A stretch of 44,772 nt of DNA. It comes from a virus (lineage: Duplodnaviria; Caudoviricetes). Position 1 is the stretch's first letter. Each line of letters begins with the position of its first letter. The stretch is from positions 1 through 44,772 of IMG/VR virus record IMGVR_UViG_3300038393_001064. One strand, written 5' to 3'. The notes beneath the pieces were generated by a model. It saw only the letters and a list, made by a program, of their open reading frames with translations. It did no database searches and had not been told where the DNA came from. Position numbers and translations under genes: made by a program. Positions 19,125 to 26,624 of this stretch are shown here, piece after piece.

Positions 19125-19140
19125 TCGAACACCTGTTCAG
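19125..19140. promoter_or_regulatory. LexA (SOS) box, actinobacterial type
   Basis: TCGAAC-ACCT-GTTCAG versus consensus TCGAAC-N4-GTTCGA; intergenic. Confidence 0.7.
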
Positions 19141-19241
19141 GGGGCGCGCCATATATTGGGACGGCATTCCATTAGGGGCAGGGACCTACCTAGCAAAACC
19201 CGCAAATTGCGGGAAAGACACCATGAGGTTAACCCTTCCGT

Positions 19242-19718
19242 ATGACACCGATCAGGGGTGCATCCCGTAGCGTTCCGACACAACCTTGGACTTGGGAGGG
19301 TTCCTTGGAACAACATGACCTGGACATCGCTGCTCATCCGAGCAGTACGACGTTGGATGTCTTTCGCCGGGATCCACGATGGTTCCGTCGCGATCCCTCC
19401 GTAGAGTTGCCCGCCCGTCACGAAGCCGGCCGCCTGACTGACGGAGAAGTTGCAAACGGCCAGAGCAGGGAGCGCAGGATGCAGGAACGCCGTCATCGTC
19501 AGTCCCCGATCCTTTCGCTGGTTCCGCAGGACAACCCAGACGCGCGAATCAGAGAGGCCGAGGCGATGTCCGGTGCCGCAGCGGATCTGAGAGCTCGTGC
19601 TTTCACTCTGCCTCCCGATTCCGAGATTCGCGCTGTTCTTCTCCGCTCCGCTGCTCGCTACGTTGCCGCCAGCGCTCAAGAACTTGGGCCTCATCTGCGT
19701 CCAGCCGCTCAAGGCTAA
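19242..19718 (+). CDS. Candidate antirepressor/hypothetical ORF convergent with the repressor (start 19242 or 19479)
   Basis: TTGCGG-17 nt-TAACCC lies 6 nt before ATG 19242; GGGAG RBS before ATG 19479; overlaps the repressor 3' end by 116 nt. Confidence 0.35.
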   Translation: MTPIRGASRSVPTQPWTWEGSLEQHDLDIAAHPSSTTLDVFRRDPRWFRRDPSVELPARHEAGRLTDGEVANGQSRERRMQERRHRQSPILSLVPQDNPDARIREAEAMSGAAADLRARAFTLPPDSEIRAVLLRSAARYVAASAQELGPHLRPAAQG

Positions 19719-20022
19719 GGCTCGTGACGACCACGCCCAGTACGGCCTCGATCTGAGATAGCCGGTCGTCTTCCTGGTCGGTAAAGCCGACCTCGAGAAA
19801 CCACGGCGGGACCTCACACGCAGCAGCGAAGGCTTCGAGCTCGTCGGTGTTGTTGAAGCCGCGCGGACTTGTCAGCGATGTGATCCGATTGAACGTCGCG
19901 GGGGTCAGGCGTGCGTTCAATTTCTCGGCTCGCCGCTGAATCTCTTCGCGGTCGTACGGGGCGTATTCGACGGCGGCGCGCGCACGTCTACTCGCGACGT
20001 CCGGCGGGAGCAGCGGGATCAC
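19603..20022 (-). CDS. Immunity repressor (Xre-like), probably leaderless
   Basis: Divergent from two cro-like genes; ELEAFAAACEVPPWFL motif; -10-like TACGGT 6 nt before GTG 20022. Confidence 0.7.
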   Translation of the reverse strand: MIPLLPPDVASRRARAAVEYAPYDREEIQRRAEKLNARLTPATFNRITSLTSPRGFNNTDELEAFAAACEVPPWFLEVGFTDQEDDRLSQIEAVLGVVVTSLSLERLDADEAQVLERWRQRSEQRSGEEQRESRNREAE

Positions 20023-20142
20023 ATGTGCACCGTAACGCGCATTTTTGCGCCTCTGCCACGCCGACTTGCGTTCCAGCACGCAGTTGTGTTACTGTACGCG
20101 CAGCGATGCGAACGACTACGCAAATCCGCGCAACGCGCCGCA
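20023..20142. promoter_or_regulatory. Divergent promoters and operator array of the genetic switch
   Basis: + strand TTGCGT(20066)-18 nt-TACTGT(20090); - strand TGGCAG-18 nt-TACGGT; CGCA-N4-TGCG-like sites every 20-21 bp. Confidence 0.65.
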
Positions 20143-20351
20143 CCCCCAATCGCCACCTGCAGGAACTTCGGCTGAACGAAGGCATGTCCCCGAACGACCT
20201 CGCGTATCGCGCGGGCGTCTCGGGGAACACGGTTCGGATGGCGGAGGCCGGCTTCGTGCCTTCGCCGCGTGTGCAGTTCGCGATTGCACGGGTCTTCGGG
20301 TTGCTGCCACTCGACCTATGGCCGATCGACCGTCAGCGGAGGATCGCGTGA
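20106..20351 (+). CDS. Cro-like HTH regulator 1
   Basis: LRLNEGMSPNDLAYRAGVSGNTVRMAE. Confidence 0.85.
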   Translation: MRTTTQIRATRRTPNRHLQELRLNEGMSPNDLAYRAGVSGNTVRMAEAGFVPSPRVQFAIARVFGLLPLDLWPIDRQRRIA

Positions 20352-20569
20352 GCAACCCGCTCGACATGCGCAAGGAGCGCATCAACCGAGGGTTCTCGAT
20401 CCGTGCGCTGGCTCGAGAACTGGGCATTCCGGAGCAGACCATCCGGCGCGCCGAGGACGGGCAGGCACCGAGCATCGCGAACGCGCACAAGCTCGCGAAC
20501 TTCTATGGAGTCAAGGTAACTGACATCTGGGGCGTTGACTCCTGGGACCGAACGGAGGCAGCCGCATGA
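20348..20569 (+). CDS. Cro-like HTH regulator 2
   Basis: RINRGFSIRALARELGIPEQTIRRAE..PS...KLANFYG. Confidence 0.85.
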   Translation: MSNPLDMRKERINRGFSIRALARELGIPEQTIRRAEDGQAPSIANAHKLANFYGVKVTDIWGVDSWDRTEAAA

Positions 20570-20787
20570 TGTTGCCCGCAGTCGGATTCATCACGTCCGC
20601 CGTCTTCCTCTACATCGGCTGGACGACCGACGACGCGTTCCTGTTGATCGCTGCGCTGTTCAGCTTCGGCCTCTCGCTGTTCGCTATCGACTACACCGAG
20701 GACCGCCGCTATGCGCGCGTCAGCGACGAGTTGAACCACAGCGGGTCGCTCCGCGTCGGCTACGAGCGAAAGGACCGCGCGGCATGA
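20566..20787 (+). CDS. Small membrane protein
   Basis: Two TM helices; ATGA coupling. Confidence 0.65.
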   Translation: MMLPAVGFITSAVFLYIGWTTDDAFLLIAALFSFGLSLFAIDYTEDRRYARVSDELNHSGSLRVGYERKDRAA

Positions 20788-21350
20788 GTCAAGTGCCGAT
20801 TCCCGAGCCAACGCTCGTCTTCGCGAAGCACGTCGCAGGGATCGTCACACCGCCATACCGCACCGCCGGGTTCGCCGACGATGGGCTGCGCGGTCGCGGT
20901 GACTTCCTCGACGCGATCGGAACGATGATCGTGTTCGAGCAGATCGCACGCGCGGGCAAGAAGGTGTCTGCCGACATCACCGCTGGCTACGGCGACGATT
21001 GCGATCTCACCATCGAGATCAATCGGCGCTTCTCGATGTGGAACATAAAGGCGTCCGAGTACGCGCCCTTCCGGCCGAACCTTCACCTCTTCGTCAAAGA
21101 GGAGGAGGCCGACAAGTCGGTTGACGGCTACATCCAGGTCTTCGTCCACGTCGCCGAGGACGGCCAGCTTCCACACGCCCACATCGCCGGCGTCTGTTCG
21201 CGCCATCGACTCCTCACCTATCCGGTGGTCGAGATCCCGAACACGGGCGGGCACATGGGCTACGCAGTGCCGCTACGTGACCTCAAACCCTTCGACGGGC
21301 TGGTTAACGCGGCGGCGCCGAGCGCTTTCTACCGCGAGGCCGCAGCATGA
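20784..21350 (+). CDS. Possible PD-(D/E)XK-fold nuclease
   Basis: GDDCDL...WNIKAS resembles the D...(D/E)xK signature, with Asn in place of the acidic residue. Confidence 0.4.
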   Translation: MSQVPIPEPTLVFAKHVAGIVTPPYRTAGFADDGLRGRGDFLDAIGTMIVFEQIARAGKKVSADITAGYGDDCDLTIEINRRFSMWNIKASEYAPFRPNLHLFVKEEEADKSVDGYIQVFVHVAEDGQLPHAHIAGVCSRHRLLTYPVVEIPNTGGHMGYAVPLRDLKPFDGLVNAAAPSAFYREAAA

Positions 21351-21499
21351 GGCTCCACACCCATGCCGAGCGGCTGACAACGGATCAGCGCATCTACGAG
21401 GCCATCGTCAAGTGGGGCGCGGGCGCATCCGCTGAGCAGGTGCGTGCCGCCTGCGCTCTTCATGACCTGCGCGAGATCGTCAGGCGGTGGGAGCTCTGA
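21347..21499 (+). CDS. Hypothetical protein (50 aa)
   Basis: ATGA-coupled ORF filling the gap. Confidence 0.5.
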   Translation: MRLHTHAERLTTDQRIYEAIVKWGAGASAEQVRAACALHDLREIVRRWEL

Positions 21500-21723
21500 C
21501 CCACCAGCGCGAGATCGATCAGCTCCTGCGCGCTCGCGTGGTTGACCACGCCCGCCGCATCACCGACCTGACCGAGGAGAACCGCCGGCTCAAGCTCGGC
21601 CTGCTGCAACTGGCGTTGACGATCAATCGCTCGGATCCGTTCTTCGACCTCTGGATGGATGACTTCGGCGATCTCGTGCCGCAGCTCCAGCGGACACGCA
21701 ACCCGCGAGGCGATGCGGCATGA
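21487..21723 (+). CDS. Hypothetical coiled-coil protein
   Basis: Coupled to the next gene. Confidence 0.55.
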   Translation: MGALTHQREIDQLLRARVVDHARRITDLTEENRRLKLGLLQLALTINRSDPFFDLWMDDFGDLVPQLQRTRNPRGDAA

Positions 21724-22157
21724 GCGACGCTCAGAGCTACAAGATCACCGCCGTCACCGGCAAGCGCGAGTGGAAGCCTGCGGGCGAGACTCAGGTCAAG
21801 CGGATTTACTACGACCTCGAGGTCGAAGGAATCGGCAAGGCGAGCATCGGACTGCCGCCAACCGATCCGGCGCCCGAACCCGGCAAGGAAGTCTTCGCCG
21901 CTCTAAAGGCGGGCGAGGGCGGCAAGCCGCCGACGCTGGTCCCGGTAGGTGGGAAGAAGGGCGGCGGTGGCTGGAAAGGCAAGCCACCCGAGGAACTTCG
22001 CCAGGATCGCGCGAACTCGTCCGTGATCCGCGCGGTGGAGTACTACGCGATCCCGGAAGCACAGCGGCCGACCATCAAGGACTTCCTTTCGACCGCAGCC
22101 AAGATCGACACGGCGATAGGTCGGATGATCGAGGGCAAGGCGGTGGTCGAGCCGTGA
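21720..22157 (+). CDS. Possible ssDNA-binding protein
   Basis: Beta-rich N-domain, Gly-rich linker, helical C-domain; in the recombination/replication region. Confidence 0.35.
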   Translation: MSDAQSYKITAVTGKREWKPAGETQVKRIYYDLEVEGIGKASIGLPPTDPAPEPGKEVFAALKAGEGGKPPTLVPVGGKKGGGGWKGKPPEELRQDRANSSVIRAVEYYAIPEAQRPTIKDFLSTAAKIDTAIGRMIEGKAVVEP

Positions 22158-22417
22158 GTTCGTGGCACCGTCAGAACCCTGAACTTGTTGGCACCGACGC
22201 GGACCCGTGGATGGTCCACGAGGAGTACCGACGCGCGCTTTCTACAGCTTCGGACGGGGGGGCGGCTTCTCATTCCTCCGCCGGGTCAACCCCCCCGTCC
22301 GTCGAACCTGACACCTACTCATCCCGTCGCGTCTCGGCGGGTGTGAGTTGCGACAACTGCGGCGCAGACACTGACGCAGCGTGCCAGCCGTGGTGCATAG
22401 GAGAGCAATTCTCATGA
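22154..22417 (+). CDS. Hypothetical protein with CxxC...CxxxC
   Basis: GTGA/ATGA-coupled at both ends. Confidence 0.5.
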   Translation: MSSWHRQNPELVGTDADPWMVHEEYRRALSTASDGGAASHSSAGSTPPSVEPDTYSSRRVSAGVSCDNCGADTDAACQPWCIGEQFS

Positions 22418-22890
22418 CAAGTACCGAGTTGGTAGAGGTCGTCAATCCGGCGACTGGCGAATCCGTCGAACTGGCGTCTGAAACAACGGATCGAATCGCT
22501 GCCGAAAGACGCGGCGTGACCGACCTCAAGCGCGCGCTCGACCAGTACGCCTCGCACCTTGACGACGAACTCACCCGCCGCCTCGACCGCATGGGCCGGC
22601 GGTCCGCCGACGTGGGCGGCTGGACGATCGAGACAAAGGCACCGACGACGACCGACTACCCGGTCGATGCGCTGCGCGGCGCGCTCGAGGATCTGATCGA
22701 CGCGGACCTTCTGGACGAAGCCGTGCGCGACGACCTGATCGTCCCGACGACGACCTACAAGCTGAACCGCACGCGTCTCAACACGCTGCTGAAGCACCCG
22801 GACGAGCGCGTGCGGGAGGCGCTGGCTGCGTGCGCCGTTGAGTCGGAGGTTGCGCGGCGCACCGTGACCGTGAAGGAGCCAGGCGTATGA
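22414..22890 (+). CDS. Hypothetical early protein (VVNPATGE motif, coiled coil)
   Basis: AGGAG RBS; coupled. Confidence 0.65.
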   Translation: MTSTELVEVVNPATGESVELASETTDRIAAERRGVTDLKRALDQYASHLDDELTRRLDRMGRRSADVGGWTIETKAPTTTDYPVDALRGALEDLIDADLLDEAVRDDLIVPTTTYKLNRTRLNTLLKHPDERVREALAACAVESEVARRTVTVKEPGV

Positions 22891-23285
22891 GCACCGGCAC
22901 CTACTCAACCGCCGATCCCGCAACTGTCGATGCCGACCTCGACACCCGGCTGGGCGACCTTGACGAGAACATCAAGGCGCTTGACGAGGCGAGCGAAGAA
23001 CTGCTCGCCGCTGAGGAAGCCTGGGACAAGCTCTACGACGAGGTCGAGGAGGCGCTGAAGGATGAGTACATCGACCTAGGGCGCAAGTCCGCGCCGAGCG
23101 AGAAGGCGATCGAGTCCGCCACGCGCAAGCAGCATCGCGCGGCCTATACGCGCTACCGGCGCGCGAAGCGCGAGCTTGACCGGCTCGAGAAGAAGGCGCA
23201 ATCGATCCGCGCAATCCTCGGCGGACGCCAGACCCAGGCCGCCGGCCTGCGCGAGGAACTGAGGCAAGGAGCGTTCTCACGATGA
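22887..23285 (+). CDS. Helical coiled-coil early protein
   Basis: AAGGAG RBS; coupled. Confidence 0.65.
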   Translation: MSTGTYSTADPATVDADLDTRLGDLDENIKALDEASEELLAAEEAWDKLYDEVEEALKDEYIDLGRKSAPSEKAIESATRKQHRAAYTRYRRAKRELDRLEKKAQSIRAILGGRQTQAAGLREELRQGAFSR

Positions 23286-23584
23286 GCGAAGACGCGCGAG
23301 TGGAGTCCATTACCGAGCGCGTGACGCTCGACCTCTTCGACCACCTGAACGACCTCGACAAATACGGCCGCACGTACATCCAGCAGTACGTCGAGTCGAT
23401 CATCGGCAAGCCGACGACTCGCCGGCCGAAGTATCGGTTCCACCCAAAGCTCGCTGAGTTCGTGCGCGAGCTGGCGCAGGACGCAGCAATGGGGGACCGC
23501 AGAACTTGTGGGGTGGCTTCGTCGTCTCTTTCCACTAGGGACGGTCGAGTCGCGACGGAGTCGCCCCGCAGGAAGGCGGCATGA
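23282..23584 (+). CDS. Hypothetical protein
   Basis: AAGGAG RBS; coupled. Confidence 0.6.
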   Translation: MSEDARVESITERVTLDLFDHLNDLDKYGRTYIQQYVESIIGKPTTRRPKYRFHPKLAEFVRELAQDAAMGDRRTCGVASSSLSTRDGRVATESPRRKAA

Positions 23585-23979
23585 GCACGCGTCCGCGCAT
23601 CCGCTCACTCAAGCCGGAGATCTGGCAGGACGAGAAGATCGGGCGGCTCTCACGCGACGCTCGGCTCCTGTTCATCGGGCTGATAACGATGGCTGACGAC
23701 GACGGGCGTTTCCGTGCGCTGCCCGCGATCATCCTCGGCCACGCGTTCCCCTACGACCAAGACGCGCATCGGCGCCTGACCTCCTGGATGGACGAGTTGA
23801 TTTCGCAGGAGCTCGTCGTGATTTACGCGCACGAAGGGATGCCCTACGGGTCGATCCCAAACTGGTCCGCTCATCAACGAATCAACCGCAAGACGGACTC
23901 CGTCCTCCCTGAGCCAGGCGTAAACGGTGCACGCAAGCTGCTCGAATCGTTCACTGAACTTTCAGTGAAGGCGGCGTGA
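23581..23979 (+). CDS. Replication initiator, N-terminal DNA-binding domain only
   Basis: PRIRSLKPEIWQDEK...RLLFIGLITMADDDGR...IPNWSAHQRIN, characteristic of phage replication proteins. Confidence 0.8.
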   Translation: MSTRPRIRSLKPEIWQDEKIGRLSRDARLLFIGLITMADDDGRFRALPAIILGHAFPYDQDAHRRLTSWMDELISQELVVIYAHEGMPYGSIPNWSAHQRINRKTDSVLPEPGVNGARKLLESFTELSVKAA

Positions 23980-24120
23980 TCGAGTGATGCGCCAATCACG
24001 ACTTACTCACTGGCGGATCGGATCGGATCGGATCAAGGATCGGAGCGTAGGTAGTTCAGACGTTTGCTTTCTCCGTCACCGTCGCTCTAGTTCAAACGTT
24101 GTCGAGTTCGCAAAAGTTGA
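23950..24120. other. Candidate replication origin
   Basis: Inverted repeat TTCACTGAA-CT-TTCAGTGAA, five GGATC units, TAGTTCARACGTT twice; locally less GC-rich; directly after the rep gene. Confidence 0.55.
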
Positions 24121-24141
24121 GTGCGCAACAAAGGGGGCAGC

Positions 24142-24963
24142 GTGAGCGAGCTCGACCGGCTGCGCGGCGAGAACGAGGAGTTGCGCTGGCGCCTGAAGGC
24201 CGTCACCGACGAGTACGAGTTGGCTGAGCAGGACATCGTCAGGCTGCGTCGCCGTTGCTCCTACCTCGAGCAGAAGGCCAAGCAACGCGATCAGGCTGAT
24301 CCCGGCAAGGACGTTCAGGACATCTTCGACTACTGGGTCGTCGCCTGCCGCAAGGACCCGAAGCGAACGAAGCTCACCGCCCAGCGCCGCGACGCGATCC
24401 GCAAGGCGCTGCGCGAGGGCTACGACGCCTACGACATCCAGCGGGCGATCATGGGGCTTGCTCGTGGCGCGTTCGTCAAGGACGGCGTTCGCTATGACGA
24501 CATCACCGTCGCCTGCCGCAAGGTCGAGATGTACCGCGACAAGGCCGATGCGATTGAAGCCTTCGACCAGGAGCAGAAGGGCGCCGTTGCGCAGGAGGCC
24601 CGCAAGTTCCTCATCGAAAAGTGTGGGCGTCACTACTCGAAGCCGGATCTGCCGGCGCTGTGGTCGGGCGGGTTCGAGTACTTCGCCCATCTGCTCAAGC
24701 TCAAGGGCTGCCAGATCAAGGACGGCTACGGCAACAAGCTGACGGCGCAGTGTCCTGCTCACGACGATCGGCACCCGTCGCTGTCGGTGATCGAGGCCGA
24801 CGATGGTCGCGTATTGGCGAAGTGCCACTCGAACCAGTGCAGCTGGGAAGACATCTGCCGTGCGCTCGGCGTCGATGGTCGTGTGTTCGGGCCGCGCGAT
24901 CACCACACCTATGGCAAGCCGACTGACAACGGTCAGCAGATCAGCTTTGAGGCAGCGGCATGA
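24142..24963 (+). CDS. Replication protein: initiator C-terminal-like domain fused to a primase-type Zn-binding domain
   Basis: IFDYW..KLTAQRRDAIRKALREGY...I.RAI.G; CPAHDDRHPSLSV...CH..C. Confidence 0.75.
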   Translation: MSELDRLRGENEELRWRLKAVTDEYELAEQDIVRLRRRCSYLEQKAKQRDQADPGKDVQDIFDYWVVACRKDPKRTKLTAQRRDAIRKALREGYDAYDIQRAIMGLARGAFVKDGVRYDDITVACRKVEMYRDKADAIEAFDQEQKGAVAQEARKFLIEKCGRHYSKPDLPALWSGGFEYFAHLLKLKGCQIKDGYGNKLTAQCPAHDDRHPSLSVIEADDGRVLAKCHSNQCSWEDICRALGVDGRVFGPRDHHTYGKPTDNGQQISFEAAA

Positions 24964-25136
24964 CCGATTGGCACGACTGGACCGAGGACGACTTCGCCGA
25001 CCTGGTGGAGCACGCCGACGCGCTCAGCACGAGCCTCGACCCGCTGCCGCTTGGCCCCTGCAAGGCTTGCGGTGAGTACGCGACTGAAGTTCGCCCTGGC
25101 CAGTGGGAGTGCGGCTGCTTCAGGAGGGCGGCATGA
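24960..25136 (+). CDS. Small Zn-ribbon-like protein (58 aa)
   Basis: CKAC...WECGC; ATGA-coupled at both ends. Confidence 0.55.
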   Translation: MTDWHDWTEDDFADLVEHADALSTSLDPLPLGPCKACGEYATEVRPGQWECGCFRRAA

Positions 25137-25330
25137 CTGTCGCCTACCTCCCGACCGCCGAGAAGTGGCTGACGCTCCAAGAGCTCGCGGAGCACTACGG
25201 CTGCTCGGTGCGCTGGCTCAAGTACCGCCTGAAGGACGGGATGCCTAGCGAGCTAATCGCCGGCCGTAGGAAGATGCGCCTCTCCGAAACCGACCCGTGG
25301 CTCGAAGCCCACGGATGGAAGCGAGGCTAG
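25133..25330 (+). CDS. xis: Excisionase (HTH)
   Basis: WLTLQELAEHYGCSVRWL...GMP; directly upstream of the integrase. Confidence 0.75.
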   Translation: MTVAYLPTAEKWLTLQELAEHYGCSVRWLKYRLKDGMPSELIAGRRKMRLSETDPWLEAHGWKRG

Positions 25331-25332
25331 GC

Positions 25333-26421
25333 GTGATTATCGAACGGAAGTCGTCCTACGGCGTGCGGGTCTACCGTCCGGGTATCGGGCAGAGGTGGGT
25401 CGGTAGCTTCGCCTTCAAGGACTACGGCGGCAAGCGCGAGGCCTTGAAGGTGGCGAAGGAGGCCGAGGCGCAGGCGCTCGCCTACAAGGCCCGCAAGGCT
25501 CCGCTCGTCGGGAAGTACCTCGACGGCTACCTGGACGACTACGCCAAGCACAACAAGGATTCGTCCTACTCGACGGCCAAGGCTGCGCTGAAGACGTTCA
25601 AGCGCGATTTCGGCCACCTCCCTCTTTCCGACGAAGGGATGGAGCAGATCGACCCGGAGACGTGGGTTCGCTCGCATCGTTCCTGCGTCCCTGCCGTCGT
25701 GACGTTCTTCAACCACGCCGTTTCCCGGCGTGAGGTTCCGCTGACCTTCAATCCTTTCAGGGGTCTCTCGAAGAAGGGGCGCGGGCGCAAAGACAAGACG
25801 CCGCTCTCGGCTAAGGACGTGGACGCCCTTGCTGTGGAGGCCCTGACGCACCACCGCGAGTTCGGCCCGATGATGCGCTCGCTGATCCTGTTCGCCGCGC
25901 ACACCGCCCTGAGGCCGGGCGAGTTGTTTGCGCTCGAGTGGTCCGACATCGACTTCGAGCGCCGCCGGATCAAGGTTGCTCGCCGCGTCTACAAGGGCGC
26001 GCTGGCGCTACCGAAGAATGGGAAGGTCCGTGAGGTCGTTCTGACCCCGCAGGCCCGCGACGCACTGCTGCCACTCGACCGCTCGACCGAGCACGTCTTC
26101 GAGACGAAGACCGGCCGGCGCCTGTCGCAGTCTTCGCTCTCCGGCTACTGGACGCCCGTCTCGCGGAACTTCGGCGAGCGCGCGGACAAGAACGGCGAAT
26201 CAGCACTAGTGGACTTCTACGAACTTCGCCACCGCTGTGCCTACTGGATGTACGTCGAGCTTGGGATGCCCGACCGGGTCGTCGCCGCGCAACTCGGCCA
26301 TACAGATGGCGGCAAGCTCATCAGGGAGCTTTACGGCCACGGCGATCACGGAGCACTTGAGGAGATCGACCGAGCCTTCGTGGACAACGTGACCCCGCTT
26401 CGTGAGGTCGCAAATGGGTAA
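25333..26421 (+). CDS. int: Tyrosine integrase
   Basis: TALRPGEL, PKNGK, YELRH, QLGH, ELYGH; N-terminal arm-binding-like region. Confidence 0.92.
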   Translation: MIIERKSSYGVRVYRPGIGQRWVGSFAFKDYGGKREALKVAKEAEAQALAYKARKAPLVGKYLDGYLDDYAKHNKDSSYSTAKAALKTFKRDFGHLPLSDEGMEQIDPETWVRSHRSCVPAVVTFFNHAVSRREVPLTFNPFRGLSKKGRGRKDKTPLSAKDVDALAVEALTHHREFGPMMRSLILFAAHTALRPGELFALEWSDIDFERRRIKVARRVYKGALALPKNGKVREVVLTPQARDALLPLDRSTEHVFETKTGRRLSQSSLSGYWTPVSRNFGERADKNGESALVDFYELRHRCAYWMYVELGMPDRVVAAQLGHTDGGKLIRELYGHGDHGALEEIDRAFVDNVTPLREVANG

Positions 26422-26624
26422 CTTTGCCCGCCTTGTTGCCGCTTCCAAAGCGGATTTTGACCAGTCGCCCCGACTCCCGAACGGGGAGGGCAAGCGAGGG
26501 CAAGGCAGTTCTAGCCCCGCTTCCCGACCCGCTTCGGAAGGGCAAGCGAGGGCACCGAAGGGCACGATTCCCAGCCCATCAGGTCGCAAATGGGTAGCAA
26601 GGTCGCCGCGATTTGGGTCGCAAA
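26405..26624. other. Candidate attP; core CCAGTCGCCCCGAC at 26461-26474 resembles a tRNA-Pro 3' end
   Basis: 16-bp direct repeat AGGTCGCAAATGGGTA at 26405 and 26581, further GGTCGCAAA near 26616; AGGGCA repeats at 10-bp spacing (26487, 26497; 26539, 26549, 26559). Confidence 0.75.

Noticed and set aside
19137-19496. Minus-strand 119-aa ORF downstream of the repressor
   Set aside because: No motif, atypical codons, and it runs over the palindrome and promoter-like signals; not excluded but unsupported.
20784-21350. Restriction-modification pair with the methyltransferase at 28701
   Set aside because: The genes are 7 kb apart and the nuclease motif is degenerate.
24015-24041. GGATC repeats, or the att-region repeats, as a CRISPR array
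   Set aside because: No repeat-spacer periodicity and no cas genes.
26455-26480. tRNA gene
   Set aside because: Only about 14 nt resemble a tRNA 3' end and there is no cloverleaf; treated as the att core.
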